A stretch of DNA of 7,939 nucleotides, taken from positions 1-7,939 of the forward strand of contig CDMY01000962.1 of assembly GCA_001179505.1 (NCBI GenBank), given 5' to 3'. This document shows, piece by piece, positions 6,489-7,939 of this stretch. A model generated the notes under the pieces. It had not been told where the DNA came from. It saw nothing but the letters and a program-made list of their open reading frames with translations, and made no database searches. A program made the translations under genes and the position numbers. Source of the stretch: Vitrella brassicaformis CCMP3155 (lineage: Eukaryota > Protista > Chromerida). How positions within the stretch are numbered: the stretch's first letter is position 1; the number at the start of each line of letters is the position of its first letter.

Positions 6489-6944
6489 ACAAAGGAGATT
6501 GGATCCCGCATCATCTGCGCCATCTTCGGCGCGGCGTTGGTGGGTGGCGCAATGGGGTTTCTCTTTTCGAGAGTCCCCTCCCCCGTTCGGGAGGGGTGGG
6601 CGGCGTTCTTCGCCGCGCTGGGCGCCGGCGCATTGGTGGAGGCACGGCTGTGGAAGGGCGTGTCGACCGTCGTCTTTGTCCTCCTCGCAGCCATCTTCCG
6701 CAGCATTGCGGAAGGCATATCGCAATGCGATGTCGGGGGGTGGTGGGAGTGGTTGAAGAAAGGTGTGGGGCCGTTTGTGGTGTGCTGCAAGCGTGTGGGG
6801 TCGTGTGTGGTGTGGTGTGTGGGGTGCTGCAAGCAGGCCTGCAACCGCCGAGCCGCCAGCGAGCCGGGCGAGGCGGAGCTGCCCACGACCAGGTATGGTC
6901 GTCCCCAGCCGACGGCCGAGCAGGGTGACACGGACACGGGGTGA
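6489..6944 (+). CDS. Exon 2 of the host gene: about three hydrophobic (TM-like) segments and a Cys-rich tail
   Basis: TKEIGSR-IICAIFGAALVGGAMGFLF ... GWAAFFAALGAGALV ... GVSTVVFVLLAAIF ... FVVCCKRVGSCVVWCVGCCKQAC; TGA at 6942-6944. Confidence 0.72.
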   Translation, partial: TKEIGSRIICAIFGAALVGGAMGFLFSRVPSPVREGWAAFFAALGAGALVEARLWKGVSTVVFVLLAAIFRSIAEGISQCDVGGWWEWLKKGVGPFVVCCKRVGSCVVWCVGCCKQACNRRAASEPGEAELPTTRYGRPQPTAEQGDTDTG

Positions 6945-7676
6945 GGAGGTGCGTGGGGGCGGTGGGCGTCACTTGGGCGTCACGGTCAAGTGCTCTGCCT
7001 GCTTGTTCTCTGCCTTCCCCTTGCCCTCTCATTCCGGGTTTTTAATGTGTGTCTGCATGCCATCGATGGACAGCTGGTCTGTCGATTGAGTAGAATAGCT
7101 GTGTCTTTCGAGTGCGTCCACTCATCGATCGGGAGAAGTGAGCAGCCTTTTCGTGTTCATGGCCGAGTGTTGCTGGTAATGTGATGTGCGACGTGTGTGT
7201 GACACACACACAGCAGCAATTCACCAGCAGCTTTCTGGTCCGTCTGGTGTCCTATGTGTGTCGCTTTTTACCGGTGGGATGTCGCTTTATACTGGTATGT
7301 ACAAGCGCATTCTTCTTTTCGTATTGGCTGCCTGCCTGTCTTGATGCCTCCCTCCCTCCCTGCTGTTTGTCACCGAGGTTTCGAAGAGAGGTGTACACTC
7401 CCCTGACTGCATTGGTGTGGTGTGTGCAGAGGATGTCGGACTGGCTGGTGCGTGCGTCTTCGAGTTAATCGCATGGATGAATTGATCGGTCGAGTGACAT
7501 CCACCATCCACGTGACACACAGGCAGGAACGTCACAAGCTGGAGGCAGAATCACGACACACGCATGTAGCCATCAGCCATTAGCCACCATTCATCGTCAC
7601 GCACACGTCGATCCATGCCCGAATCCATCAACACATGGGGAAACGTCTCAGCGGCGGTATTCACAGACAGACACAG

Positions 7677-7714
7677 GACAGACAGACAGACAGACAGAGA
7701 AAGAAAGAAAGAAA
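7677..7714 (+). repeat. Compound microsatellite (GACA)n-(GAAA)n
   Basis: About five GACA units followed by four GAAA units. Confidence 0.85.
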
Positions 7715-7879
7715 GGCCATCGACAAATCAATCGGTCAGCCAGCGAGCCGAACGTGTTGGCAGCACACACAGCACACACACGACAGCTAACACCATAAAT
7801 GGATGCAGACAGACGGACCGACACCAACCGCACACACGTCACTCACTGAAAAAAGCACTTGAGCTCATCCATCAGCCAA

Positions 7880-7898
7880 GACAGACAGACAGACAGAC
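7880..7898 (+). repeat. (GACA)n microsatellite
   Basis: gacagacagacagacagac. Confidence 0.85.
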
Positions 7899-7939
7899 GA
7901 TCCAGACACGATCAACAGGCAGTCAGAGAGCAGCGAGGA

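Noticed and set aside
5933-6928. 331-aa plus-strand ORF as a single CDS
   Set aside because: It starts at GTG inside the LTR. After 6415 it reads through an intron and off frame, and the spliced 6194-6415/6489-6944 model fits codon bias and splice signals better.
5918-7633. A 1.7-kb LTR (TGTTGA...TCAACA) containing the whole plus-strand gene
   Set aside because: A 6-bp match is expected by chance in this AC-rich DNA, and the interval looks like an ordinary intron-containing gene with UTR. It cannot be fully excluded without a second LTR.
6945-7939. Small ORFs in the right-hand kilobase
   Set aside because: Low-complexity Cys/Val/Thr/His translations of GT/AC-rich DNA with no codon bias. The strand switch in composition near 7470 fits convergent 3' UTR or intergenic sequence.

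Overview
Eukaryotic window dominated by a rearranged, decayed Ty1/copia (Pseudoviridae) LTR-retrotransposon cluster on the minus strand (~183-6144), broken by two 300-N scaffold gaps. The short GT..AG introns and GACA/AC-rich spacers suggest a chromerid such as Vitrella (inference only). Reading the minus strand from the right: candidate 5' LTR (TGTTG...CAACA, 5918-6144); PBS (5905-5917); frameshifted gag; protease (DCGAT) and integrase (HHCC, D-D35-E), truncated at ~3245 and fused in frame to non-retroviral spliced exons (possibly KDZ-transposase-like); gap; a second, ~97% identical integrase copy with SH3 domain and long Pro/Gln linker; intron-like DNA; gap; a copia RT core (FVDD) truncated at a 17-bp duplication, with no RNase H or 3' LTR in the window. 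Head-to-head with the LTR on the plus strand is a two-exon host gene (6194-6944, 73-nt intron) for a ~225-aa Cys-rich membrane protein, followed by UTR/intergenic DNA with microsatellites. The most notable signals are an apparently bipartite PBS matching a 5' half of initiator tRNA, intron-like signals within and next to pol, and the in-frame retro/exon chimera.
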